A stretch of DNA of 63,775 bases, the filler included, from Lenisia limosa (Eukaryota > Protista > Breviatea), in NCBI GenBank assembly GCA_001655205.1. It is 10 parts of 10 records of this genome, joined end to end, with 100 filler letters (N's around TTAATTAATTAA, not from the genome) between each part and the next. Parts side by side here need not be neighbours in the genome. Positions count along the whole stretch, not along the records: positions 1 to 21,297 come from LPNZ01008150.1; 9 more parts are not named here. The stretch is one strand, 5' to 3'. The notes under the pieces were generated by a model, which made no database searches, was not told the origin of the DNA, and saw only the letters and a program-made list of their open reading frames with translations. The translations under genes were made by a program, and so were the position numbers. Below, in pieces: positions 1 to 13,200 of the stretch (positions are counted from its first letter, which is position 1; every line of letters starts with the position of its first letter).

Positions 1-54
1 AAAGTGACGTTCCAATTGGTCATTTTGTTTTCAAATGTTCAGTATTTCTGAAGA

Positions 55-128
55 AGATGAAGAATAATGTGACGTTCCTTTGGGTATTGAGACAAATACC
101 CAAAGGAACGTCACATTATTCTTCATCT
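55..128. repeat. Perfect 34-bp inverted repeat with 6-nt loop
   Basis: 55-88 (AGATGAAGAATAATGTGACGTTCCTTTGGGTATT) is the exact reverse complement of 95-128; checked base by base. Confidence 0.95.
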
Positions 129-251
129 GGTACGGAAATGATCGGCGAAATATCGATAGATTTCAAGGATTTATCGATAATCCAGTGTCCTTTTCGGATC
201 GAAGTGAAGTCCCCAGGCTTAGTGTCATGTATATTGAGAGAAAGCCACCAA

Positions 252-1704
252 CCTCAGGGTCCAGCTTGGCCTTGACTTGCTTGATCGCTTCTTCAAATGA
301 CACACCGGCTGAAGAGGGAAAAAAAGTTAGACAACAATAAAAAAAAAAAAAAAAAAAANNNNNNNNNNNNNNNNNNNNNNNNNNNNNNNNNNNNNNNNNN
401 NNNNNNNNNNNNNNNNNNNNNNNNNNNNNNNNNNNNNNNNNNNNNNNNNNNNNNNNNNNNNNNNNNNNNNNNNNTCTGTTTTCAGACCTCCCCCATACCA
501 TCACAGTCCTCTTTGGTCACTCCAGTGAGGTCAGTGAGGTAGGAAACAATCTCAACTTCAGGCTTGATAACCACACGAAGTACTAAAGCGTGTTAAAGTT
601 GAAATAATACAAAACAAGAATGCAGTGAGGACTACATATCAGAGAATTGACTATTGGCAAGAGGAAGAATATCACCAAATGCGTTGCCCACTTTGCTCTC
701 CCTTAGCGTTGACCATTCCGATTAGGACAGGGGTGCGCTGGTTATGACCGTATCCGGACGCGGCACATTCGACATCAATAGACACCACCACCTCATCAGG
801 GCGACGGCTGGGGATGAAGCCTCGGGCCATTTCAGATGCACGCGTCTACTCAAGTCAGAGATGCGGAAATAGTAAGCATACAATTACAGCAGGTCATAAG
901 ATGATTCAGTTTCACATTGTGCTAACTTTATGTGGCTCGGAATTGCTATTCCGTGATCCGTGGTAGCCTCCACGACCTCTTCCTCGACCACGTCCGCGGG
1001 GATAGTATGCCTAAAGTGTTGGGAATGGTTTGGCTGATCCCTTTTGGCCCAATTGCAAAAGATATTATTGGTGTGTCTGAAATCTTAAAAGCTGAACAGC
1101 ACCAATGTCATGAGTAATAAAGCCGCCAACCTGCTGGGGAGGAGCGTAATAAGGCATGCCTGAAGGGTAGACGTAAACTTGGTTCATAGGCATTCCCTGT
1201 GCAGGCATCCCGATGTACTGTGGTGGGGTGGGCTGAAGAACTATCAGGCAAAGAAAACATTATAAAACTAAAAATTCGTAAAAATAAAAGAAATTTCAAG
1301 AAGAAAACTATGAAGCATATTGCAACAAACTCATGACCAACCTGTTGCATCTGGGTTGTGGGAGGGATCACTTCTTGAACACCAGGAGGAGGGGTAGGGA
1401 GAATAGCAGCGCCGCCAGGACCGACCTCACGGGCCTTAGAACCACCAATACTCATTTCTGACATGTTGGTAGCGAGGTCAGAGGGGCTAGAGTGATGTCC
1501 TTGAGTGGAAGAGGATGCTCCGACTCCAGGATGCTCATGGTTACCCTTCTGCTGGATATAGCCGCCTTTCTGTGGCCATTTGTTGTGTGGTTTCGGATGA
1601 ACCTGACCTGAAAGAGGAGGGAACTCAGAAGAGGGTGACGGAGGTCCTTGAGTATAGGAATGGTGCCGAGGGCCACCATGGTTGTGTCCGCCACGAGAGT
1701 TCAT
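252..1704 (-). CDS. DEDDh-family 3'-5' RNA exonuclease (REXO4/ISG20-like) with G/H/P/Q-rich and RGG N-terminus; multi-exon, 3' end runs off the window
   Basis: Spliced reading gives MNSRGGHNHGG..., PTPPQYIGMPAQGMPMNQ..., AYYPRGRGRGRGRGGY, VVVSIDVECAASGYGHNQRTPVLIGMVN (ExoI-like DxE), VVIKPEVEIVSYLTDLTGVTKED and GVSFEEAIKQVKAKLDPE, with GT-AG boundaries. ATG at 1704. Confidence 0.75.
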
Positions 1705-2432
1705 AGCGAAAAAGACAATGGGTGAGGCAATCACCTATTTTCCTGATCTAATGTTGTTTTTATAATAGATAGAAATCACTTTAAGGGTTTAGAGGCGAAG
1801 ACAGGGTGTTAATGGGAGGGGAGAAGAAGATGTATATAAAAGTGAAAACAAAAAAAATGACTTATGTGCGGCGCAAAGCGCCAATTACAAGAATGGAAAG
1901 ATAAAGGACCTAGGCGATTTTTTTAGGGGAAATTTTCTTTTTATAGTAGGTGATCTTTGATCTAAGTTTCGCCTTGTAATCTTCGCTTCTCTTCCTCATC
2001 CCCTCCATAATTGCTCCATAACTCCATTAACATGAACAAAATCATAAATAATTATAAATGCATTTGAAATGCATAAATGCGTTAACAATTGCAAAACAAT
2101 TGAGTGATTAAATATGATAGCTCAACAAACACTCCAACCCTCCAACTTGTATCTGTTCAATAAATAACACAACGATCAACATCAACACTAGAAACTGGGA
2201 GCAGAAGGCTGTGCCATGAATTGCTGTGTGTTGCCTGAGGGGAGCGCATAGTTGGGAGGGGGGTTCGGAGTAATTTTTTTCAACTTCATATACTCTTCCA
2301 CCTAGGAATGAATCAGAATGGAAAAAGAGAACCCGAAAACTGAACCAAACCGGTCATTAATTTGTTACAAATACTAATCCAGTATTTATATTTATAAAAA
2401 ATTATTGCCTTGTTTTTCTATTTCATCTGGCT

Positions 2433-5400
2433 TCAAAATTGCAGGATAAAATCCAAATACCCCTCAACCTGCTGGGGGATTTCTCTCAATGTTTCAGCAG
2501 CGAGGAGGCTGGGGTCGCTGCGATACTGGTTGAAAGGCACAAACTGAACCGTGACAAGGACCAATGATTCGCAAAAGAAAAAAAATGAAATCAAAAAATG
2601 AAACATGAAGTAACAACAAGCTGTTTTTATGAGCATTATAGTTCAGTGGAGAAGACAGATACTCACCAGCTTACCTGGACAATATCTCTTAAAGCCCTCT
2701 TGCTTCCTGACTTGAGCAGGCCGTCATCACCATCCAACTCGTCCATGTTATCAAAGGATGCGTTTCCAACGCCAACAATGACAATGGACAGAGCCGCGTG
2801 CGAGGCGTCCACAATGGCAGAGATGGTCGCATCCATGTCGCAGATCTCTCCTGGAATCTTGTTACAATTTAACTTCATATAACCCGCAAAATGAGACTGT
2901 AATCTTCATAAAATATAACATGTGCTATCACAAATAGTGCCCAATGTCCAATTTTACGTATTTTTGCTGGGTTAGTCAAGTGCCAGCAGTACCGTCGGTA
3001 ATGATGAGGAGGACACTGTACTTCTGATAGGACTGGCAGCATCCTTCTCCATCAGTAGCCCAGGCAAGCGCTTGGCGGATTGTAGGGGCAAAGTACGTTG
3101 GTCCGTATAAGGCAACTTGCTAGACAATAATGAAAAAGGAATACGAATTTGTGTTTTTTTAACAAGACCAGAATATTGGTTGTAGGTGTGTTATTGGGTA
3201 CCGCATCAAAGACATGTAACATCACTGAGTATAATGGGGTACGAACCTGGATGGCAGTGCGATATGCGTGGATCATCCCTTCGACTCCGTTCACTTCAGG
3301 GGTATTGGAGAGATTGAAGCAATGCGACAGCCCAATTCCAGGTACATTTCCTCCGAAACCATATATCTGTGGCATGAGTACATGGAGCGGCACGAAGAAA
3401 CTCAAGATGAAAATAAAGCGGAACCGTTTTTATAAAATATCTTAACTGAGCAAGCTGGGAGTTTCAGTGGTGTAAAAGTCCAATAAACAGAAAATACAGA
3501 TGAGATTAATGGTGATCTTCATAGTTTAATATTTCCGACAGCAAACCGGGAATGAGTTATCCCAATCATAGGGCGCCAGGATGCCCCCAATAGAGCTGAG
3601 ACATTGGCTATATTGCGAGGGGCATTGTGTCGTGTCATAATGCAGCGAGTTGGGGTTGTTGGGGATTCTGAGAGGTGAAAATAAGCTCTATAAAGAATGA
3701 ATGTTGAAGTGATACACAGCTAGTAAGTCTTGATTTTCTCTTCAAGAAAACAATAATGTATACTACACATATAATGCATATATCATATCATATGTACTAC
3801 ATGTAAAAGTATTAAAACGTATGTTGGGGAGGCACGCAGAAAGCTGTGCACCCAGAGTTGTCAGTTAAATGAATATTATAATCCAATATATAATATCTTA
3901 TAAGCGTAATGGTGGGGACGACTTCAGCCAGATACAACCCATTTTTATTTTTATTTCTCATGTCTACATAGATGTATTATGATACAAAGAGAGTTTCTTG
4001 TTTACCCATTAGAGAGGGTGAAGTCCACAGAGCCCATGAGGCTGATCTGCATTCCACCCGCAATGTATGACTCAAAGCTGGAAAGGTCAAAGATGCCTGA
4101 ATATCTGAATATGAGGAGTATAATGAGATTGCAGCAAAAATTAATCATTTTGGAATGGAATAACAGCACTTAAAGCCCCAAAAAACGAAGTTTGTAAAAT
4201 GCACAGTATTGTATGCTTTACTTTTCTAGAATACCCAGCTAACGAGGGGCATTGCACAAGTGCTGCATGTTGAACAATGAGATACCCGGGGAGCTTCTTG
4301 CCCTTTTTCTCTTTTTTGCTTCCTAAAGTGGGTCATCCAGGTTTCAATTTTTGAAGATATACCCCCTCCCGTCGGCGCACATCCAAAACAAGTAATTTAG
4401 GATAATAGAAAAGCAAACCTGGCTTGTGTGAGAGAGTGATTTCTTGCCCAGATTTTTTCACAAGCTCATTAATGGAAATCTACACAATAAAAACAGAACC
4501 AGTCCTGTCGAAACAGGGGAACGGTCAATTCCACAAAATAGAGTGAAATGATGTACTAGTTAGCAGTATCAGATGCATATTATTAGCTCCAGAGAGCAGA
4601 GACCCACTTTGCACTCTCCAATAAATTCGGATTTTGAGTCGGAGTCCCAATCGAAGACTTCTATCCAAAGTGGTTCATCAAGATCACTAGATCATGAGGT
4701 CATGGATTATCATGGGGAGCGTTGTGAAACAATTTGCACACAAGAAAAAAGGATAAGATCCATTAAATGCTCATGTACTATATTATGATATGCCATCCAC
4801 AAACCCTGCAGAAGTGAGAGAAGTAGTTGAGATGGAAAGAGGCTTCCAGTCTGGGTTGAGGGTTTTTTTGATAACCTTAAATGTCAGTAATATACCGTGC
4901 ATGGGTGTAATATAAAGAGCCCAAAATGATTGGCTGGAATAAATTTCAAAATGTCCCAGTGAATACTGAAACGACAGACTTACCTCGGTTTCATGAACAG
5001 TGATCTCCTGGCTACACTTATGGAAGCGTGCAAAGGGATCTGAACTCATTACATTTTGGTTCTACTTTGGCATGATTAAACGCAAACTAAATTTCATTGT
5101 TTGAAAAATTATATGATACATATCATATGCATATGATGATATATATATATATGATATACATAAAGAAGGAATCTGAAAATGTGTTGCATAAAAACGGAAT
5201 CTTCCTTCAACATAAACAGCAAACACACCTGACTTGCCAAAGAGGTCCATTTTGAGGAGGTCTCTAGCAGCAAGGTTCAGCTCAAGTACAGGTGCAGATT
5301 TATCCACTACTTCTCCAAATATCTACAATGATAAGATTTTTTGTGATTAACCTACAATATTTATCAAGCTTTAGAAATCAAATACCATGTTATAATCAAC

Positions 5401-7071
5401 CCAATCTCAGGCAGAGCCACCCAAATTACCTCAATAGTGCCAATAGTGCCGCTCTTTTCAGGCTTCTTCTCATGGCTATAAAGTCAACGGGGATACAAGG
5501 TGGGGTGAATACAACTCTGGTTGGTCAAAGCCAAAGTGCGAAACTGTCTTGATATACCCATTCAAAATAGCTTACTTGAGGGAAAAGAGTTTAACCATGC
5601 CACGACTTCCGATAATACGAGAAATGGTTGACTCAGCGTAGCCCTAGGTACATTACAAAAATAACGAGCAAGTGATCTTTAAAACCAAGCACAGACACAT
5701 ACACTCATAAAAAATCCTTAAAACTAAAAAAAAAACAAGCGTTTGATAAATTTTTTAGGAAGGATTTCATTCCCTCAAACCAGCTGTTGGCAGGTCCAAG
5801 TATCATAATGTCCTTCACATGCACCATCTTCGTCAGTCACCTAAGAATCATTGTCATTAGGGTGGTCGTCAAATATCTATCGATATATATATATATATAT
5901 CATATCATATACTATCTAATTTTTGACCTGACCCCATACCATATATATGCATATGTATAAAGTGTATACCTGGAATCTGAGCCGACCCTCTCCCCCACAG
6001 GTATATATACATATATAGTACTATTGAAAAACACAACATCAACATTTCCTATTTAGTTTCTATTCCAATTATATTTCAAAAAAACAGTTAATCCTTTGCC
6101 TTTGTTAGTTCATCAAGGACAACAATACTTTACTATTTTCAGCAAATGACAGGCTTTTTGTTTGGATTTTTTCCTCTCTGAAATAACCCCCATGATCAAA
6201 TACAGTTTTTTTTTAGATAATTAATAGCTTCCCTCCAGACCCCATGAACCCTTTTTTTACCAAGTTTATNNNNNNNNNNNNNNNNNNNNNNNNNNNNNNN
6301 NNNNNNNNNNNNNNNNNNNNNNNNNNNNNNNNNNNNNNNNNNNNNNNNNNNNNNNNNNNNNNNNNNNNNNNNNNNNNNNNNNNNAGTGGAATAGAAACAT
6401 ATTTTAAATCCACATACCCTAACTAAGAAGGGTTGCGCCTTTTCAAAGACATAAGGAAGCTCAATAGCTAAAGTGTCAGCTATTTCTAGTACTATATATG
6501 AGAGTATTTCAGTTAAAAAGAAGCCCAAGATACATCTAGTATCCCAGATACCTGTTTTAAAAGCAGGGTTGAGATTGTTCTGAATTGTTTCGGTGGAGCC
6601 TGCAAACTTCCAAAGGCCATCCGGTCCTGGGGTGAGAATTGGATGGAGTTTTCACATTGCATATTTTTGTAGCATGGGGGATAAGTGAAAGAAAAAGAAA
6701 AATCATACATTGTTGGGTAGAGATTTACTGTCAACACGCAATGATAATGAGTAATAAACACCTTTATAAGTAATTAGCCTTGCTTTTCGGTGAAATTGTT
6801 TTCATTCCTCTGCTGTTACAATACCGCCCACACCCATTGCACAATCAGAAAGCCTATCGCAGAAAGCATCAATAATTTCCTTACTTTAGTGCTATTATTT
6901 ACAATCAGGCATACTTGATTTTGTGAAGAGCGCAATCTTGGGATCGCTTTTGGAAAGTGTGTCTTTGTTAACAAGATCCCTGCGAGTGGTGAGAAGAGCT
7001 AAGGACCGTTCTTCACTTAAATGTTCAACTTACTTGCATTTAAATCTAAATTTGACAATAGAAGAGGCCAT
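2433..7071 (-). CDS. Copine (C2A-C2B-vWA), complete multi-exon gene
   Basis: MASSIVKFRFKCKDLVNKDTLSKSDPK; GSTETIQNNLNPAF; PYVFEKAQPFL; LELNLAARDLLKMDLFGKSDPF; IKKTLNPDWKP; IEVFDWDSDSKSEFIGEC; SYIAGGMQISLMGSVDFTLSNG; YGFGGNVPG...SHCFNL; IVIVGVGNASFDNMDELDGDDG...RDIVQFVPF...LAAETLREIPQQV. Stop at 2433-2435. Confidence 0.95.
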
Positions 7072-7220
7072 GGTTGACGAAGATATGGAATAGGGGCTAT
7101 ATTCTCAGCTGGGATAAAGGAAGTCTTGATGTTTTTATTCTACTCTGTGATTCCCTGAATTATTAAGCTCTTAGAAAAGAGGAAAGGAGGAAAGAAAGGG
7201 AAACTGAATCAATTCAACTT

Positions 7221-10200
7221 ATGAACATGATCATCGATCACCTGGCCAGTCTTCGAGCTACGCATGGGGTGTATATATCTTCTAACCCATGCTTGCCCAT
7301 GCTATGAAGTTCCTGATTGTTTCAACCTGATTTCCCTGATTAATTTCAATAAAAATAATTTTTTTGTAAGAGTGAAGGGAATCTGTGGCAACAATGATAG
7401 TATTTTGTCTATTTCTCGCGGCTCTGACGTCGATCTGTGTATCTCAACCGGTATCTCAGTAGGTGAAATAGAAATATTTCGAAACACTGTAAAGTCATCC
7501 AGAATTAACAATTGGAATTATGAATAGCGTAACCTCTGAACCCCCTTTGACCCCCTTCTAGGGTATTCAACACGGGATTGGTGCAGTTTGAATTTGCTGA
7601 TCCGGTTTCTGACCGAAACGCTGTCCCGTACGCCGACTTCAAGCTTTTACAAGGACGTGAGTCTAATCACCCTTATCACCAGGGGCTAGAAGCTTCTTTG
7701 ATTCATCAATCTCTTGTTCTAATTACCTCAACCCAACAATGCAACATACAGTCTAATTGCCTTTGCTTTCGTTTTGTTTTTATTACCCTCTCTGCGACCG
7801 TTCACAATCAACTTCAGAGCATTTCCACTTTATTACCGGACATAGAGATCCAATGTCTACTCCTTGGTCCCTCTGTTCCAATAGGTCTTTCAATGGACTT
7901 ACAGAACATCCAAGTAACGTCAGATGGTACGACTGCTGATATTATCCTCACAGTGGGCGGGTACTCTGGGGTAATCTACTGTTGTGTTCACGCACAACAC
8001 ATTTATGTTTACTCCATGAATGATACGATCATTCAATGTTAACTGACAAGGGGTCATGCCCAATTGGCTACGAAGCCACCTTCGCCACAAAGAACATTGC
8101 ATGTTCTTTCCAAACTGGATGGGTCGAAGAGCCTCAGTGTTTACCAGGTGGGATGCATTTTCTGGGGACATATTTTTTTTGTTTTTGTTTTGTTTCTATC
8201 TAAATACTCTCGTGTTACTTATGACCACATATACCAGACACTAGATCAGCTCTTCTCTTTTGCCTCATTGCCTTGGAAGTAGTTTTTTTATTCTATTTCA
8301 CCACTGTTATCTTTGATCAATCTGAGTCATAATATATTCATAAGCCTGCATCTTACCAGTGTAGTTCAGTGTACCCCTGGATTCAATGGATTGACAACAA
8401 ACTGCACTGAAGGTTCAAGGGTAGAGTAGTGAAATGTTTTGGATTACCCAATACGACGGTTTGACGTTTTTCTTTTGTAGTTCAGTTGGAAAATTGACCC
8501 ATTTTAGAGAGTTATGACTATGAGACCGTTTGTGAATTTACATGCGAAGGAGACCCCACGAAGTATTTCTCTGTAGGCTATATTTATCAGATCAGTTGCT
8601 CCGCTCATTCCCAACTTGAATATTAATGGGCACCGTTGCGGTACGGATCGGACTGGTGATGTACTAGTTATAACTCTGAAATGAAATGCATCATATAACC
8701 CATGTTGTATCCTCAAATTGAGTATCTGAGGAAATAAAAAAATCTTTTTTTTAGCTGATTTACCCAGTTCAATTTGAATAGGAAATCTAAAACTCTAGTT
8801 CTGTGACAGAAAATAACAAGTGAAATGTCGATATTTTAAGCATCATCTGAATTGAGTCTTTTTTCATGAAAAATGAAACTGTCAAAATCTGACCAGCAGA
8901 CATGCGCATCGTCCAAGCAATTTATTGGAGACACATCCTGTAATACTGGAGGTAAGTGTGAAAGATATTCTTGCATTGATATTGAATGATGAATACTTCC
9001 TTTTTTCTGAGATTATGAAAACTTTTTGAATTGATAATGTAGGTAACATGCTAACTTGTGGAAATAATGCGTTCTACAACCTTGGAACTGTAGGCTATAG
9101 GGATTGCAACTATCGCAAATTCCAATGCTTCTTTCTATCGTAACATTTTCTTATGGTATGTATTCGTTATTCTGCTCCTTTTAAACAATTGATATCTCTT
9201 GCAGTTGCAATACAGTTTTGGTATTTAGTTAATCAAGTTTCCAAAATGATTTAACAGGGCACCAACGCTAATGTAATGCACCCGGCAAAATCAACCATTA
9301 GCGGAATGTTAACATGGCCGAGTACTATTGAACACGTGGCACTGGGACTCTCTTTCATGGTGGCCGCCGGCAGTGGTGTGAGGGACGTGGTACACTGTTA
9401 TTTTTATAAAGATACGAAAGAATCGTTTCCATGAAAAAGCTGACTACCTATGTACATCCCAGCAGCTCACATGCTTTAATTGTTTCGATTTAGACGGTGT
9501 TGTTCGCTGTGTTGGCAGGAATTCCAATAATCAATGCGGTGGTGGTGCTGACCCTGTCACAACCCCCAAAATCGTAAGCTGTGCGAACCATTCATTTCCC
9601 AAATTAGTCTATTTTCTGTATAATACTATTATCAAAACCCTCTAAGATTAAATGCTGTGACACTGTATTTATAGGTATTTTCAGCAAGTGCTTACGGTGT
9701 TACGATTCGTGAAATTGTGTCTGCTCTTTATTGTACACACGTGATAACGAGTTAGTTGGTGTAAAATTAGTTTTATTAATTTTGCACTACAACCTGGTAT
9801 TTCCTATTGGCTGTTGTAACTTTTTTAAAACCTTTTGCTACGGATGTTATCTTCAGGAAAGTTACGTTCCTTTCTTCCTTCCCTATTTTCCCTCGTCTAA
9901 TTTTTCAGCTACTGGAAGATCATACTCATGGGGGAGACATGACTACAAAGCTCTTCTGCGTGAAGGTGGTGATCCAAGTGTTCCCTCTTTAGTGAGGCGG
10001 TGTCTGAATTATAACCAGACAGTGATTATTCTTGTTTCTTATTCCATAGGTGCCGTTGCCGGAAGGTCGCTCTATTGAACAAGTCAAAGTTGGAATTGCC
10101 GTTGTCGTCTACATCCTTGGTATGTGTTAGTATAAGTGCGGGATTATCAAGAATTTTAATGTCATAAAGCACTTTACCCTTCTACAGTTTTGACTTCCCT

Positions 10201-13200
10201 AACACTTAAGATAACAATGACATCTATGGAGGAGGATACAATAGCTTCCGCACAATTAGTACTGCTGAAATTGATATATTGTCTGCAACTGTTCTGGGAA
10301 AACCATCTGACTCAGTTTGTTGGGATTTATGGAATTGATCAGCACATATGAGTAATTAGTATGATAATAGTATACAGTATTTTTGTAATTATGTCTGATG
10401 TATCATACCTCATATCGATATGATATTTACAGTATAATCATAATACTGTTTGATCCTAAAAAACGAGAGCACTACCAAAAACGCGATCGGTTTTTGAAAA
10501 TACCGATTTGTTTTCCTCATAAATAACTCAAAATCAATTCTGAAATAGAGAGATAGGCGTTTAAAATATAAAATGCTCAATTATTATACACTCGGTTCCT
10601 TGCTGAATCAATATTAGAGATACATTGCACTAATATTGCACAGAATAACAACAATTAGAGAGATAGTGCAACTAAAGACCTCAAACAGTAGCATTAGTTT
10701 GAGGAAAATACATTCCAATCAATAACTGAAGCTTCTAAACAGTGAACCAATTTTGCTCAGGGAAAAAACCAAGTTCTTTAATGCGTGGGGTAGGCGTGGT
10801 CCTATAGCTTAAAACCATCAAATTACAGTCGTTTCGGGGCAACTTGGACCAATTTCGGTGAAATTATTGCAAAATATTGTACAATTTCTTTCTGAAAAAA
10901 CAACAAGTAACAGCCGTTGATGATATTTCTTTCAAATTAGCACAACTCCGATCTTACTTTTTTCGTGTTTGAAAGGAGTTGTCTTGTCAAAAAAATTTGA
11001 GCAAGGGGGATGAACTGAACTTAGTTTTTTAAGCGACTATTTTTGAATGTTCTAGAGAAACAAATTGTTTTACTCATTTTTTGCATTTCAAAACTTGTTT
11101 CCAGGAAAAACCCCCATCATTGAGGGTTTTGAGGAACTTTTTGTACGCCGATTTTGGTGGGTTTTCAAAAAATAACCTCGCAGTACTCGCGTTTTTTTTT
11201 TGNNNNNNNNNNNNNNNNNNNNNNNNNNNNNNNNNNNNNNNNNNNNNNNNNNNNNNNNNNNNNNNNNNNNNNNNNNNNNNNNNTTTTGTATATTTTGATT
11301 CGATATCCTGAAGCCCGTCACATTTTCACTCATGCAGGGACCTGTGAAGACTGTTGAGCTTTCAAACGTACATTTTGCAGTACTTTTTGGTAGAAGGGTC
11401 CGTATTAGGTTTTGTTATCCATGCAAAAGAGATTTTGACTGTATCATACTTGGCTACATATTTCATACCCTTCTTCAATTCTTTGCACGTGTTTGACATT
11501 GCAGAAAATGGAAATCTATACGTACGCTCGGCGCACACTAGCTTCGCAAATGTTTGTGGTAAATAACTACAGCTTACCATGTATATTTTCTCAGATAGCT
11601 TTTTGTACACATTTAGTAAGTAGTTGATTTTTTGTTGGTTTCATTTTTATTCTATTTTCAGTNNNNNNNNNNNNNNNNNNNNNNNNNNNNNNNNNNNNNN
11701 NNNNNNNNNNNNNNNNNNNNNNNNNNNNNNNNNNNNNNNNNNNNNNNNNNNNNNNNNNNNNNNNNNNNNNNNNNNNNNNNNNNNNNNNNNNNNNNNNNNN
11801 NNNNNNNNNNNNNNNNNNNNNNNNNNATAGGTTGACTCAAATGAAGCGTTTATATTGACATGCGTTGACAAGATATAATTTCAAATTACAACTTGTCTGG
11901 ACTAGGANNNNNNNNNNAATCATGGACAAGGGTGGGTATCTAGGCATTACGCATATACAAAGAGGCAACAGACTGATGTATGCAGAGTCGACAGAGGCAG
12001 AATTGAGCCGCATCCAGGCAACTTACGATTTGCTGATTGAGCTGGTCAAGGACAAGATGCAGGTGGGTCTTTTGTGTCATTGAAACATGAACAGAATAGG
12101 TGGACCTATTGGCTTCGGCTACACGTCCACTTATCTTCTTTCAACCTTCCCCCAGCCCAACGACAGTTCCTCCCCAGTGGACCGTCTCCATGAAGTTGCC
12201 CTCGCACTTGCCGGCGAAGTGAGAGGGACCAGAGCCACTGGCCTGGGCTTTGTTCAAACTCTCGATTGAACGGGTTTCAACGCCAACAGAGTTGAGTCTT
12301 ACTAGCCAACAGAGTTAATTTTGTGCTTCTTTTTGATTTCATAAATTTTTCAATTTTATCCCTCTCGACATTATTCTTCGTCTCCCTACCGCTTACTCCT
12401 CCTTCTCATCCTCCCTTTCTTTCCCTATTGACATTTAGGCTGGATTCTAGTTCAATCTATGACCTGTAAGTTGATTCAAATGAAGGGTTTTATTGACATG
12501 CGTTGACAAGATATAATTTCAAATTACAACTTGTCTGGACTAGGAACGAATTCCTCTCAGGTTAGTGGATTAACGGAAGCGTTTATCCATTTCTTGTTTC
12601 AAATTTGAGGGGGATTCAATTATTTTCTTAACTTTAATAGCAAGTGAACTGAACCCGTTCTGGAAAGTTCGTTATCCGAGGTATCGAATGATCTATTGAT
12701 CCGAATTCAACCGCCCAATTAAATTGGTCTGCTAGTTATTTATTCTGAACACCTGTCCCAATAGGTTTCCTGTTCCTTCTAACCCTCCAGATTGGTCTTT
12801 CTGAGCAATGTGATTTCAAGTAGCTGGACTCATCTCCTTCTCTCCTTCCTTCTCTCCCTCTCCCCTTTTTTTTTGATTTTTGATTTTTTTTTTTCCAATA
12901 ATGTGGATAAAACGGATTTAATCCCCCTCCGGTTCCTAAATATCCCCCCGCCGCCAGGTCAATGGGCTGAACACGGTGTGCAGTAACCTCAATGGACAGG
13001 TGGCGGACGCTCTTGCCGCCGCATCTCAACACGCCCAGAGGGTCTCGGTCAGCTTGTTTACCGAGGTTAAAACAACAATTACTCTATTTGGAACTTGGTT
13101 TAAGATCATACTTTCCATATTAGGAATTTGAGGTCGTACTTACCATATTAGGAATTGGAGTCGGAAATAGCATTGAAGCAATACGACCTGCAAACACTGC

